The position numbers were made by a program, and so were the translations under genes. From a virus: a stretch of DNA of 64,000 nucleotides. Shown here one piece after another: positions 1 through 8,260 of this stretch. A model generated the notes under the pieces. It was given only the letters and a program-made list of their open reading frames with translations, made no database searches and was not told the DNA's origin. Every line of letters starts with the position of its first letter. Within the stretch, counting starts at the first letter, position 1. The stretch lies in the IMG/VR virus record IMGVR_UViG_3300042864_001965. One strand, 5' to 3'.

Positions 1-24
1 AAACCTAGTCAGGGTAAAGGTTTC

Positions 25-50
25 GATTGTTAATAAGGTTATTAACAATC
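25..50. repeat. 26-bp perfect palindrome GATTGTTAATAA-GG-TTATTAACAATC; member of dispersed palindrome family
   Basis: Read directly. The same half-site GATTGT[AT][AG]ATAA recurs at 9882, 10086, 28681, 28889, 43967, 44111, 44353 and 44592, always in long non-coding gaps. Confidence 0.85.
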
Positions 51-80
51 AAATTACAAAAGAACAGAAGATATATTTGA

Positions 81-134
81 TACAAAAGTACCCATAGTGA
101 CACTTGATGAACTGTCACACTTCGCCAACACCTG
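81..134 (+). promoter_or_regulatory. Conserved ~54-nt element with GTGACA-N10-TGTCAC core; second copy inverted at 30625..30679
   Basis: TACAAAAGTA[C/T]CCA[T/C]AGTGACACTTGAT[G/A]AACTGTCACACTTCGCCAAC is near-identical in both copies. Both are followed about 20 nt later by TATATT-AGAA. Confidence 0.5.
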
Positions 135-188
135 CCGAGAGAATCGATTTATATTAGAAAAGTAATCAAAACAAAGAGGACAAATCAA

Positions 189-449
189 ATGAATACAACA
201 TTGGTAAATGAAAAAATGCTAATGCGTCGTAATGATTTATTAGACGAGTCGAGAAAAACTCAAAAAGTTAGAATAGCGTGGCATTTTCCCAAAATTGAAC
301 TGGCAGAATTTATAGATCGCGAAAAAGAATTATCTGGACACGGAAAATGGTTTGATTATAGCGAAATAGCTACTCTTGAAGCTTGGGTTCGTAAAATGAA
401 TAAAGAATATGACGACATATTCCATTATCTTCAATTTTGTGAGAAATAG
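189..449 (+). CDS. hypothetical protein (86 aa)
   Basis: Intact ORF with AAGAGGA Shine-Dalgarno just upstream of the ATG; no recognisable motif. Confidence 0.45.
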   Translation: MNTTLVNEKMLMRRNDLLDESRKTQKVRIAWHFPKIELAEFIDREKELSGHGKWFDYSEIATLEAWVRKMNKEYDDIFHYLQFCEK

Positions 450-520
450 CTTGTAATTATGCCCCTAAAATTACATCTCGCTAATCCCACTATGTCAGGC
501 GATAATGGTCTTGATTCCAA

Positions 521-2821
521 TCAAATAATCGTTGCCAGTGATTCTTTAAAAGGTACTGGATAGCTTGAATTTTGAAAAACCCGTACTGTATAAGCCGATT
601 GGACTGACCCCCAATCGGCTATTTGTTGTGCCTCTGTATAAACGACGCTTCGGGCTGACGATACTGACCATTCTCGTTTTACTGTGGACTCGTCGTAAAT
701 TCTGACTACATAGCTGTCCAATTCTCCTGCTGCGTAAGCAATGTCGATATAGTCGATCCAACGACCATCTAACCGCGTCCGTCGATACCAAGTAATAATT
801 AAATCGTTATTATCTTTTTCCCCTCTTACAGCACAAGGGAAAGGCTTCAATCCTTCTAAGGTGATTGTGTGAGAAACTTCCTCCTCTATATCAGTTTCAA
901 GTAATCCATTAGGAACTACTTTTAATAAATATTCTCGATTAATATCAGAAAGATTTAAGGGGAATCGAACTAAATAATTAGTTAGTAACACAAATTTTTC
1001 CCCTGTTATATGCCTAGAAATGGCTGGTTCAGTTCCCTTGACTCCACGAATTGTATATGAAATATCAAATGTCAAGGGATTGTTGGACACAATAGCAGCA
1101 TTTTTAAAAGCTACAATTTCTCCAGTAGAAAACCAACCTAATTGTTTGCCTGACAAAAATGTTTCAAGGGTAACTGGCTCTAATTGCCCTGAATTTATGC
1201 TTACTCGTATCCAATTTAAATCGTCAATAAAACTAGGAGAAGCGTTGTTAAAATTCGGGGAGAAGCTTAATACAGTACCAGTTACGCTGTTGGCAACATT
1301 ACCAACAGCAAAATCATAGCTTAATCCGTTGTCATCAGAATAAAATAATGCTCCTTTCCTAAAACTAGAGTTACCTTCAATTGCCACATAAATTCCTATA
1401 TCTGTATCTCGGCTGTTAACTATTGGGCATTCAATAGGAATAGCGTTAGCGCGTCCGTAGGGACGAGGAGTGTTATTGTCTGGCGGAAATTCGTTATAGG
1501 AACGAGGAGTGTTATTGTCTGGCGGAAATTCGTTATCTATAGGAATATCTGGCAAATATCCTACTCCTTGAAATCGAGTAGCTTCAATTTCAATTAAATA
1601 ATTTACGCCTCTTACTTTTTTCGTGATTTGCATCAATTCCTGATGATAATTGTTATTATCATTAGTAAAAATTACATCCCCAACCTTTAAATTTTCCCAT
1701 GCTGGTAATAAAAACATTTTTGAAAAAGTTTTTGATTGCGTTTTCCCTAAAAAAAGAATTTTTGAGGCAATATTCATGAAAAACATATCTATATCTATTA
1801 GCTTAGTTTGAAAACTAAGCTCGTTTGTGTGAGTATCTGATGGGTCTTTAGCTACTGCAGTAATAGGTTCATAATTTTTTAAAACATTTAGCCCAGATAC
1901 CGTAACAGCACTGGGAGTTTCTCTAAAATGAGTCAGTTTTTTTTCATTAATGTCAATAGGATTTTCTCCAAATTTTTTAGACCCAAAAGAGCTTTTAGGG
2001 ATAAAAATAGGATCAGATGATTGTTCTTGTCTTTTAAAAATGATTTTATCTTTTGGCTCCCTTGCTACAATAAAAAAAGCTCTCATAAGTTCTTCTAACT
2101 GATCAGCAAAAGATGTCCCATCAAACAATAAATCAAATCCTTGAATTCGGTAATCATCAGGAATGTCAGTCACATCAATTTGATCGTCTGTTCTACTAGC
2201 TAATTCACAAATAGTTTTCAAAATATCTTTTATTTTTGGATTGTTTCCACTTTCTCCAATCACTTCAACATCAATAGTAGGAAATCCAGTGCCATCATAA
2301 TTAGCAATCGGATAATTATTAAAAATTAAAAAAGACATTCCAGTAAAAGCAGGTACTGGATTAGATTCTTTTGACTGAATTACTGACGATGGTGTAGTTT
2401 GATTGCCAGTATAAATAGTTGTATGCTCAATAAACTTTAGGCTTTTTTCGTCATTAGTTTCGGAATTGTAAACGAGGACGCTGTTCATCCAAACCCGCCT
2501 AACAGAGCCAATTTTTCTAGCAATTGGATAAGCGGCTGTCAAAAAATAAGTGTAAACTTCGGTAGTTTGCCCACCACCACCACCTTTTCCGCCTTGCCTT
2601 TCGGATGTGACGACTTCCTTAAGAGGAATCCCCCACATCATAGTTAGCCCTTCTTTCCTCACCCTTCCAAAAGGATAGGATAGGCTTCTGCCGTATTCAG
2701 CATCGGGAACACCAGTATCCTCAATTTTTCCTTTTTGTTGGGTAGGGGGTTTAGGAGCAAATAGAGATAATAATAGGTTAGCTCCGATTCCTATCGCTAC
2801 GGGAATGAGAAAATTAGCCAC
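521..2821 (-). CDS. tail host-specificity protein (lambda J / GTA gp15-like)
   Basis: 766 aa. The hydrophobic N-terminus, then YPFGRVRKEG and the Gly-run GGKGGGGGQTTEVYTYF, resemble the Phage-tail_3 type N-terminal region. It lies on the same strand as the tape measure and NlpC/P60 genes. Confidence 0.7.
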   Translation of the reverse strand: MANFLIPVAIGIGANLLLSLFAPKPPTQQKGKIEDTGVPDAEYGRSLSYPFGRVRKEGLTMMWGIPLKEVVTSERQGGKGGGGGQTTEVYTYFLTAAYPIARKIGSVRRVWMNSVLVYNSETNDEKSLKFIEHTTIYTGNQTTPSSVIQSKESNPVPAFTGMSFLIFNNYPIANYDGTGFPTIDVEVIGESGNNPKIKDILKTICELASRTDDQIDVTDIPDDYRIQGFDLLFDGTSFADQLEELMRAFFIVAREPKDKIIFKRQEQSSDPIFIPKSSFGSKKFGENPIDINEKKLTHFRETPSAVTVSGLNVLKNYEPITAVAKDPSDTHTNELSFQTKLIDIDMFFMNIASKILFLGKTQSKTFSKMFLLPAWENLKVGDVIFTNDNNNYHQELMQITKKVRGVNYLIEIEATRFQGVGYLPDIPIDNEFPPDNNTPRSYNEFPPDNNTPRPYGRANAIPIECPIVNSRDTDIGIYVAIEGNSSFRKGALFYSDDNGLSYDFAVGNVANSVTGTVLSFSPNFNNASPSFIDDLNWIRVSINSGQLEPVTLETFLSGKQLGWFSTGEIVAFKNAAIVSNNPLTFDISYTIRGVKGTEPAISRHITGEKFVLLTNYLVRFPLNLSDINREYLLKVVPNGLLETDIEEEVSHTITLEGLKPFPCAVRGEKDNNDLIITWYRRTRLDGRWIDYIDIAYAAGELDSYVVRIYDESTVKREWSVSSARSVVYTEAQQIADWGSVQSAYTVRVFQNSSYPVPFKESLATII
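1463..1536. repeat. 39-bp tandem duplication (about 1.9 copies) inside the tail protein gene
   Basis: ACGAGGAGTGTTATTGTCTGGCGGAAATTCGTTAT occurs at 1463 and 1502. It encodes NEFPPDNNTPR twice in frame. Confidence 0.9.
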
Positions 2822-2855
2822 GGCTTTTTAAAAGATAGTATTTTCTCTATTCTAA

Positions 2856-2928
2856 TAGGTTGAGTAGGAATCGAACCTACCTAAGACGAATTATGAGTTC
2901 GTTGCCTTAACCGCTCGGCCATCAACCC
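2856..2928 (-). tRNA. tRNA with CAU anticodon (Met, or Ile2 if lysidine-modified)
   Basis: 73-nt cloverleaf: acceptor GGGTTGA/TCAACCT (G1-U72 wobble), D-stem GCC/GGC, anticodon stem ACGAA/TTCGT with loop CTCATAA, T-arm GTAGG-TTCGAAT-CCTAC. No CCA is encoded. Confidence 0.8.
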
Positions 2929-2933
2929 TTGAC

Positions 2934-3377
2934 CTATTTAGGAAAAAATAAAGTAGGAGAGATATTAAAAAAATCGGCTAATTTTTGAACGTGAATATCT
3001 GTTATCTCTCGCTGTCTATCAAAAATATCATCTAGGATTGATTGATCCTCAAAAATAGATAATAAGTCTTGCTTTTGCAAGTTCTTTAGTTCTAACAAAA
3101 ATTTCAATAGCTCAACTCCATAAATATCAGGTATTGGCTTTTGATTTTCCTCATACTCATAAATCAAAGTTCCTAAAACACTTAAATACTCCCTTTCTTC
3201 TATTGTCAATTGAATTTTATCTAATATGATTTTATCTAAAAAAGAACTGATAACTCTTTCCGTGTTTTCTAGCTCTTCCTTGTCGTAAATAGGACGAGGA
3301 GGGTATTGTTTTAATAATTCTAAGTATTTATTTGTATCAAACATAGTGTGACTGTAATCGCTGTAACTTTTTATCAT
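2934..3377 (-). CDS. HTH DNA-binding protein, HigA/COG5499-like antitoxin-type C-terminal domain
   Basis: The C-terminal LQKQDLLSIF...REITDIHVQKLADFFNISPTLFF matches the antidote-type HTH pattern. No partner toxin ORF is adjacent. Confidence 0.45.
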   Translation of the reverse strand: MIKSYSDYSHTMFDTNKYLELLKQYPPRPIYDKEELENTERVISSFLDKIILDKIQLTIEEREYLSVLGTLIYEYEENQKPIPDIYGVELLKFLLELKNLQKQDLLSIFEDQSILDDIFDRQREITDIHVQKLADFFNISPTLFFPK

Positions 3378-3418
3378 AGGTCAAGTCTTTGATTTTGTCA
3401 ATATGTTTGATTTTAAGT

Positions 3419-3500
3419 GGGTTAGGCTGGATTTGCACCAGCGTGGAATTAAATCTACAGATTTACAGTCTGTCACCTTCGGCTACTCGGTCACTAACCC
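3419..3500 (-). tRNA. tRNA-Tyr (GUA), long variable arm, atypical T-loop
   Basis: 82 nt: acceptor GGGTTAG/CTAACCC, anticodon stem ACAGA/TCTGT with loop CTGTAAA, 14-nt variable region, T-arm GCTGG-TGCAAAT-CCAGC. Position 55 is G instead of the canonical U. Confidence 0.6.
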
Positions 3501-3529
3501 TTGTTTGTTTCAATCCCTTGTCTAAATTT

Positions 3530-3558
3530 ATCTTACTATAATTCTTAATGCTTGTCAA
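3530..3558 (-). promoter_or_regulatory. sigma70-like promoter TTGACA-17-TAAGAT upstream of tRNA-Tyr
   Basis: Minus strand reads TTGACAagcattaagaattatagTAAGAT, about 30 nt upstream of the tRNA 5' end. Confidence 0.5.
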
Positions 3559-4104
3559 TCATATTGGTTTTTGATTTTCTTGATTCTTTTGAGATTCTTG
3601 CAAATTAAGAAGTTGAAGCATTGCCTCTCCTGCGTCTTTACGCGCCATGCTACAAGTCCAGAGTCTTTGTTCATTGCGCTTGATAATGATAATTTCTGTA
3701 TTAGAAACTAAACAAACTAAATCATTTTTCTGTTTTATTAGTTGATTAATGGCTTCTAATTTTTGCTTTTGTTCTAATTCAGAAACGGGTTGAGGGTTTT
3801 CTCCGTACTCTTGTGTGGAGAAAACAACAGCTAACATAAAACTTTTTGTTTCTTTAAACTGAAAACGAATAATCTGCCAACTAAATTCACCATCAGGCTC
3901 TAATTCTCGATTCCAAATATTTAGAAAGGTTTCTAAATAACCTTCTAATCCTTTTTGAGTTTGACGGTTTTTATTAATATCACTGAAAAGTCCTTGATGC
4001 TGTTGAGGATAGTTTTCAACAGGTTTTACTGACTCACTGTCTTGAATAGAGCAAGAATGACAGGGATTAAATGGAAACATAAAGGGCATATTGTTTGCTA
4101 TCAA
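3559..4104 (-). CDS. hypothetical protein (181 aa)
   Basis: Intact ORF in the co-oriented gene string; no motif recognised. Confidence 0.45.
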   Translation of the reverse strand: MIANNMPFMFPFNPCHSCSIQDSESVKPVENYPQQHQGLFSDINKNRQTQKGLEGYLETFLNIWNRELEPDGEFSWQIIRFQFKETKSFMLAVVFSTQEYGENPQPVSELEQKQKLEAINQLIKQKNDLVCLVSNTEIIIIKRNEQRLWTCSMARKDAGEAMLQLLNLQESQKNQENQKPI

Positions 4105-4151
4105 AATATTAGGAAAGTTTAATAATTTGTTACAGATTAACCATATTAGAT

Positions 4152-4376
4152 TTATTCTCTGTAAAAATTAAGATCACACCAAAAGGAATCTTTCCAAAAA
4201 TTTATCAATTGTATATTTTTTTCGGCTATTAATTTTCGCCAAAGACGAAAATTCTCAAAAAAATTATACCATCCAAAAGGAACATCTTCTCTAAGGGTAG
4301 TCCAAATAATAGGTAAATAGCTTTTGATAGTCATGACAGCAATCAAAAGGTAATAGTTTATTTTAGTCTTTTTCAT
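4152..4376 (-). CDS. hypothetical small protein, paralog of 5172..5459
   Basis: The shared C-terminal block VPFGWYNFFENFRLWRKLI matches VPRGWDNFFERFRFWQKLI in the paralog. Confidence 0.45.
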   Translation of the reverse strand: MKKTKINYYLLIAVMTIKSYLPIIWTTLREDVPFGWYNFFENFRLWRKLIAEKNIQLINFWKDSFWCDLNFYRE

Positions 4377-4655
4377 GTCTTAATAGTCTTGACTTTATTT
4401 AAATCCTACCACTTATTTTACATTTAATTTTTCAAAAGTTAATCCTAAACAAAATGCAAACCAAAGCCAAATATACCAAAACCTGAGAAACAACTCCGAT
4501 CATGTTAGCTGTAAGTTGTTAAGTCTTATGACAGTAAATACACAAGTAAAAATAATTAAATTTACAGCCACTAATAAATAAGGTTTTTCTGTTTTTTAGA
4601 CTTCATTTTAGTTTAATCTTTTTAGGTGTTCTATATTACTTTACCACAATTAAAG

Positions 4656-4847
4656 TTATTTGTCTATAACTTTGATAAGAAAATAAATTAAATTTACTTT
4701 TTCCGATGTCAGTGTTTTGATTTTCATTAAGATTTCTACTAATTTATCCTTAAGTTCTTTTTTAGTGGGTTCTGTGTCACTTGGTTCATAAATGAAAGTT
4801 TTAGCACTTCCATCCTGTTCTATTTTAATCAAAGTGTATTTTTCCAT
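4656..4847 (-). CDS. hypothetical protein (63 aa)
   Basis: ORF starts 7 nt after the stop of the upstream interrupted ORF. Confidence 0.4.
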   Translation of the reverse strand: MEKYTLIKIEQDGSAKTFIYEPSDTEPTKKELKDKLVEILMKIKTLTSEKVNLIYFLIKVIDK

Positions 4848-4853
4848 AACCGT

Positions 4854-5168
4854 TTACAATTCTATTTCATCATTACCAGTAAGAAATCCCGATATATCGA
4901 AATGATATTCACTGTCACCATTTTGGGAAACTACTATTCCCCCAAACTCTAAGAGTTTATTGTCAAGAAATTGCTTGGATTGTTTTAAAGAAATACAGTT
5001 TTCTATGGCAAATTCCTTAGCACTAATCGGTTTTTTGTACCGGTATTTAAAGTCTATATCAAGTTTTTTGTTTCGAGTGTCAGCCCACGAGAAATAGGCT
5101 AACTATGTTCCCAAGAGAAATCCTAGTAATAAAGTTGGTATTCCAATAAGATAAATTTTGTGATTCAT
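4854..5168 (-). pseudogene. membrane-anchored small protein ORF interrupted by one in-frame TAG (5103-5105)
   Basis: MNHKIYLIGIPTLLLGFLLGT-TAG-LAYFSWADTRNKKL... stays in one frame for 104 codons. The part after the TAG has no start codon of its own. Confidence 0.5.
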
Positions 5169-5171
5169 TAT

Positions 5172-5459
5172 TTATTCTTTATAATTATTAATAGTTTCCC
5201 AGAAATAAATTACTAGCAGAGATTTATTTCTTTTAAGTATTAGCTTTTGCCAAAAACGAAACCTTTCAAAAAAGTTATCCCATCCACGAGGGACATCAAC
5301 AAAAATACTATCTAAAATGATAAGTAGATACCTCTCGACAAAATTGCGTATTGTTAAGATTAAAGAACGTGGTTTTATTTCCATTTTTTTTAGTTCCGCT
5401 TTGGTCAATTTTTTCCTTAAAAATTGACCAATCTTTTTATCTAGTTGTGTTTGATTCAT
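5172..5459 (-). CDS. hypothetical small protein, paralog of 4152..4376
   Basis: Shares the GW.NFFE.FR.W.KLI block with 4152..4376. Confidence 0.45.
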   Translation of the reverse strand: MNQTQLDKKIGQFLRKKLTKAELKKMEIKPRSLILTIRNFVERYLLIILDSIFVDVPRGWDNFFERFRFWQKLILKRNKSLLVIYFWETINNYKE

Positions 5460-5480
5460 TGTTTTTTTCGGGTTTAATAT

Positions 5481-5942
5481 TTAGTTTAATCTTAATATAT
5501 CTAGCCCTCGATTTCTGATTCTTTGAGCAAGGTCTTTATTAAATACTTTTGATTTTTTAATCACAGTAATCTGATTGCTTGGCCAGTATTCTAGCAGAAA
5601 ATCAACGAGTTCTATTGAAGTTGTGTGTATTCTAGCTTCTTTGCTACATCCTTTTAGTAATTGGTAAAAAAGAAATAGTCCACTAAGCAGGTCTTTTTCA
5701 ATTACCCAAAATACTAATTTAATTAATGTATTGCTAAGTCGCCAGTGTTTTAGAAGTTGGCATAGTTTTGTTTCCTCTAATTGCCAGTAACTGAAAAAAT
5801 CCAAAACATTAGAAATTACTGGGTAGTCGCTTCTACTTACGAAGTCAGATACTAGAGCATCGATTGCTTCTAGAGATTGACACATCCCGATGGATGCAAT
5901 CGATAATCCCTCTAATTTATATCCTGAGATAATTTGTAGCAT
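5481..5942 (-). CDS. hypothetical protein (153 aa) next to the CRISPR trailer end
   Basis: Intact ORF; no motif recognised. Confidence 0.45.
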   Translation of the reverse strand: MLQIISGYKLEGLSIASIGMCQSLEAIDALVSDFVSRSDYPVISNVLDFFSYWQLEETKLCQLLKHWRLSNTLIKLVFWVIEKDLLSGLFLFYQLLKGCSKEARIHTTSIELVDFLLEYWPSNQITVIKKSKVFNKDLAQRIRNRGLDILRLN

Positions 5943-6005
5943 GGTTTTGGAGTTTTGTTTTGTTTCCTTGCCTTAGTTTGCCTTGCCTTGTCTTGTATTT
6001 GTTTC

Positions 6006-6551
6006 CTTGCAATTTACTTAACAAGTCAAGCCGATTGTTACAAAAACCTACCATAGGATGATATACAATGGTACAACTCTTGCAATCTACTTAACAAGTC
6101 AAGCCGATTGTTACCGGCTAAAAACATTCGCTAATCGCGTCGGTAAACTCACTCTTGCAATCTACTTAACAAGTCAAGCCGATTGTTACCTAAGTCGATC
6201 ACTTGGATAAAACCGATATTCTCTGGCTTGCAATCTACTTAACAAGTCAAGCCGATTGTTACAATTGCTATAGATACTCCATATAGTAAATGTGGCCCTT
6301 GCAATCTACTTAACAAGTCAAGCCGATTGTTACCATTAAAGGCTCTAAGGTTTCCTGAGTTTTGGATACTTGCAATCTACTTAACAAGTCAAGCCGATTG
6401 TTACATGACCCTCAAAATGTCACGACCCCAACGTTAAAAGCTTGCAATCTACTTAACAAGTCAAGCCGATTGTTACCTGTGTGGATGAGGCCTATCATGC
6501 TATCTGAATTGGCAACTTGCAATCTACTTAACAAGTCAAGCCGATTGTTAC
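6006..6551 (-). CRISPR. CRISPR array, 8 x 36-nt repeats and 7 spacers
   Basis: The plus-strand repeat CTTGCAATCTACTTAACAAGTCAAGCCGATTGTTAC starts at 6006, 6079, 6154, 6227, 6298, 6369, 6441 and 6516. The 7 spacers are unique and 35-39 nt long. The repeat at 6006 has one substitution (AATTTAC). A degenerate terminal repeat distal to the nuclease gene suggests minus-strand transcription from the nuclease side. Confidence 0.95.
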
Positions 6552-8233
6552 CCAGTCTCCCAGAGTGTAAGCTGCGTATAGCCTGCGTTGACTGTTTGCG
6601 CGGGTTGCGAGTGGATCGACCTTTTCCTTGTTTTTTTCTTGGGTGTCACTGGCTCGGAGGTCAAAACCAGTAAGGTTTCGAGGGTTTCTTCCCCAAGTAA
6701 CAATCGGCTGGACTTGTCAAGTAATTCCTCCTGCGCTGATTCCTTATCGAAATCCTTCAGAGGCTTAACTTCCCCGGTACAAGCCGGGTAGCTTCTTACG
6801 AAGTCTGCTTTCCCTAAGATGTTGATTGCGGCGGCCACATCTCTAGGTAAAGTACATCCACACTCTAAACATTTATGGGTGCGGGTTGATAAACTTTTTT
6901 TAACACGATTGCCACAGCGAGGACAATCCTGGCTGGTGTAAGCTGGTTGAACTTTGATAAACTCTCGGTTGGGAGTTTTCATTTTCGTTTCAAGAAAACC
7001 GGTTAATTGTCCTAAACTAGCATCAGCAAAGGATTTATTTAATCCCCCTTTGGCTTTCGCGTTATTGCGTTCGTAGCCTTTACCGTCTTCTCTTTTTTTC
7101 GGTTTAGGTCGTCGCATTAAATTCTTTAAGTTGAGGTCTTCTACGGCTACAGCGCCATGATTTCTAGCAATATCGGTACTTAAGGCATGATTAAATCCTT
7201 TGCGTTGTCTTGCTATTTTTTCGTGAGTTTTGGCAACTTTAGCACGAGTTTTAGCGAGATTTTTGCCGTCTTTATTTTCCCCTGCTTTATACTGTCTAGC
7301 GGTTTTTCTTTGCAGTCTTGCTAGTCTTTTTTGCCGTTTTCTATAGTATTTGGGCGGGTCAATTTGTTGCCCGTCGCTGGTACTAATTATATATTCTAGT
7401 TTTACGTCAATACCGATTGCTTTATCGGAATCAGGTAGATCATCTACTTCAAATTCACCAAATAGACTTAGATAATATCCCGATGGGTATTTGATAATTG
7501 ATACAGTAGAGGCTTTTCTGTCACCCCACCGAATGTCTAAGGTATTGTTGACAATCTTTAAATCGCCTAATGTTTTGCCACAGCTACCTATAGATATTTT
7601 ATCCCCTTTTCTAACAGCGCAATTGCTGATCTCAGAATAAAGAGATTTAATTTTATCTTCTTTTCTTTTAAATCTAGGAAGTTTTCTGTCTAAATTCTTT
7701 TTATCGAGTTTGGTGTAAGCTTTCCAAGAATCAGCAAGCTTTTTTAAAACCCCTTGGACAAAAGCCATAGGGATGTCCTTGCATAGTTCTGGACATTTTT
7801 CTTTTGTAATACAGCCACATAACCCAAAATAATTATCAGATTTTAACCGCCGTTGAATAGGGACATGAACAGGATAAGAGTGACCTGTTTTTTGTCTTTT
7901 TTCTCTAGCTATCTGTATTTTAACTTTTTGCTTGCCAGTTAAATATTTGGGGGTGTAAAGGGGATTAGGAAGGGATTTACCTTTTTCGTTTTTCAGGGAG
8001 TCAATAAATTGAGGTTTTTTAGCTAAACGACGTTTAACCCGTTTAACTGGTTTTCCTGTTATTTGCTCAAGCTCGTCGTAATACTTATTAAGCTGATATT
8101 CCATCAGTAGCTCTAGTCCAAAATTCCAGACAGCTTTAAGCTCGTCCATCCAGCGATCAATATAGGCTCGCTGAGTGGCATTAAGGTTAAGCTTTGTGTC
8201 CGCAATAGTTTTTTTGACTAGCATGGCTTTCAT
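6548..8233 (-). CDS. TnpB-like / Cas12-family RuvC nuclease (candidate type V CRISPR effector)
   Basis: RuvC-I is AIGIDVK (D codon 7406-7408) and RuvC-II is AVAVEDLN (E codon 7139-7141). A CPRCG...CLECG zinc ribbon precedes RuvC-III RDVAAAINI (D codon 6839-6841). Candidate ATGs are at 8251, 8233 and 8224; 8233 has a GAAGG Shine-Dalgarno. The TAA stop (6548-6550) lies inside the first CRISPR repeat. Confidence 0.85.
   Translation of the reverse strand: MKAMLVKKTIADTKLNLNATQRAYIDRWMDELKAVWNFGLELLMEYQLNKYYDELEQITGKPVKRVKRRLAKKPQFIDSLKNEKGKSLPNPLYTPKYLTGKQKVKIQIAREKRQKTGHSYPVHVPIQRRLKSDNYFGLCGCITKEKCPELCKDIPMAFVQGVLKKLADSWKAYTKLDKKNLDRKLPRFKRKEDKIKSLYSEISNCAVRKGDKISIGSCGKTLGDLKIVNNTLDIRWGDRKASTVSIIKYPSGYYLSLFGEFEVDDLPDSDKAIGIDVKLEYIISTSDGQQIDPPKYYRKRQKRLARLQRKTARQYKAGENKDGKNLAKTRAKVAKTHEKIARQRKGFNHALSTDIARNHGAVAVEDLNLKNLMRRPKPKKREDGKGYERNNAKAKGGLNKSFADASLGQLTGFLETKMKTPNREFIKVQPAYTSQDCPRCGNRVKKSLSTRTHKCLECGCTLPRDVAAAINILGKADFVRSYPACTGEVKPLKDFDKESAQEELLDKSSRLLLGEETLETLLVLTSEPVTPKKKTRKRSIHSQPAQTVNAGYTQLTLWETG
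6697..6723 (-). ncRNA. anti-repeat (candidate tracrRNA core) inside the 3' end of the nuclease ORF
   Basis: Plus strand GTAACAATCGGCTGGACTTGTCAAGTA equals the reverse complement of the repeat at 25 of 27 positions. One of the two differences would give a G-U wobble in an RNA duplex. The true RNA ends are unknown. Confidence 0.6.
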
Positions 8234-8260
8234 GGATCGACCTTCTTTCATTCTTATTTA

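Noticed and set aside
6042-6515. Self-targeting spacers
   Set aside because: By eye, only 9-10-nt coincidences were found with other parts of the window. Spacer 5 shares AGGCTCTAA with 30470, and the reverse complement of spacer 1 shares TTGTACCATT with 9754. These are too short to count as protospacers. A real search is required.
6362-6673. Plus-strand 103-aa ORF, together with 6588..6791, overlapping the CRISPR array and the nuclease 3' end
   Set aside because: Its translation is just the repeat read in frame (CNLLNKSSRLL occurs three times). It is an artefact of the array, not a gene.
6548-8233. Nuclease as an ordinary IS200/IS605 TnpB, or as Cas12k of a CRISPR-associated transposon
   Set aside because: The window has no tnpA and no recognisable transposon-end hairpins. 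It also has no tnsB, tnsC or tniQ genes. The RuvC D/E/D residues are intact, unlike Cas12k. The adjacent repeat-spacer array with unique spacers fits a CRISPR effector better. A formal phylogeny is still needed.
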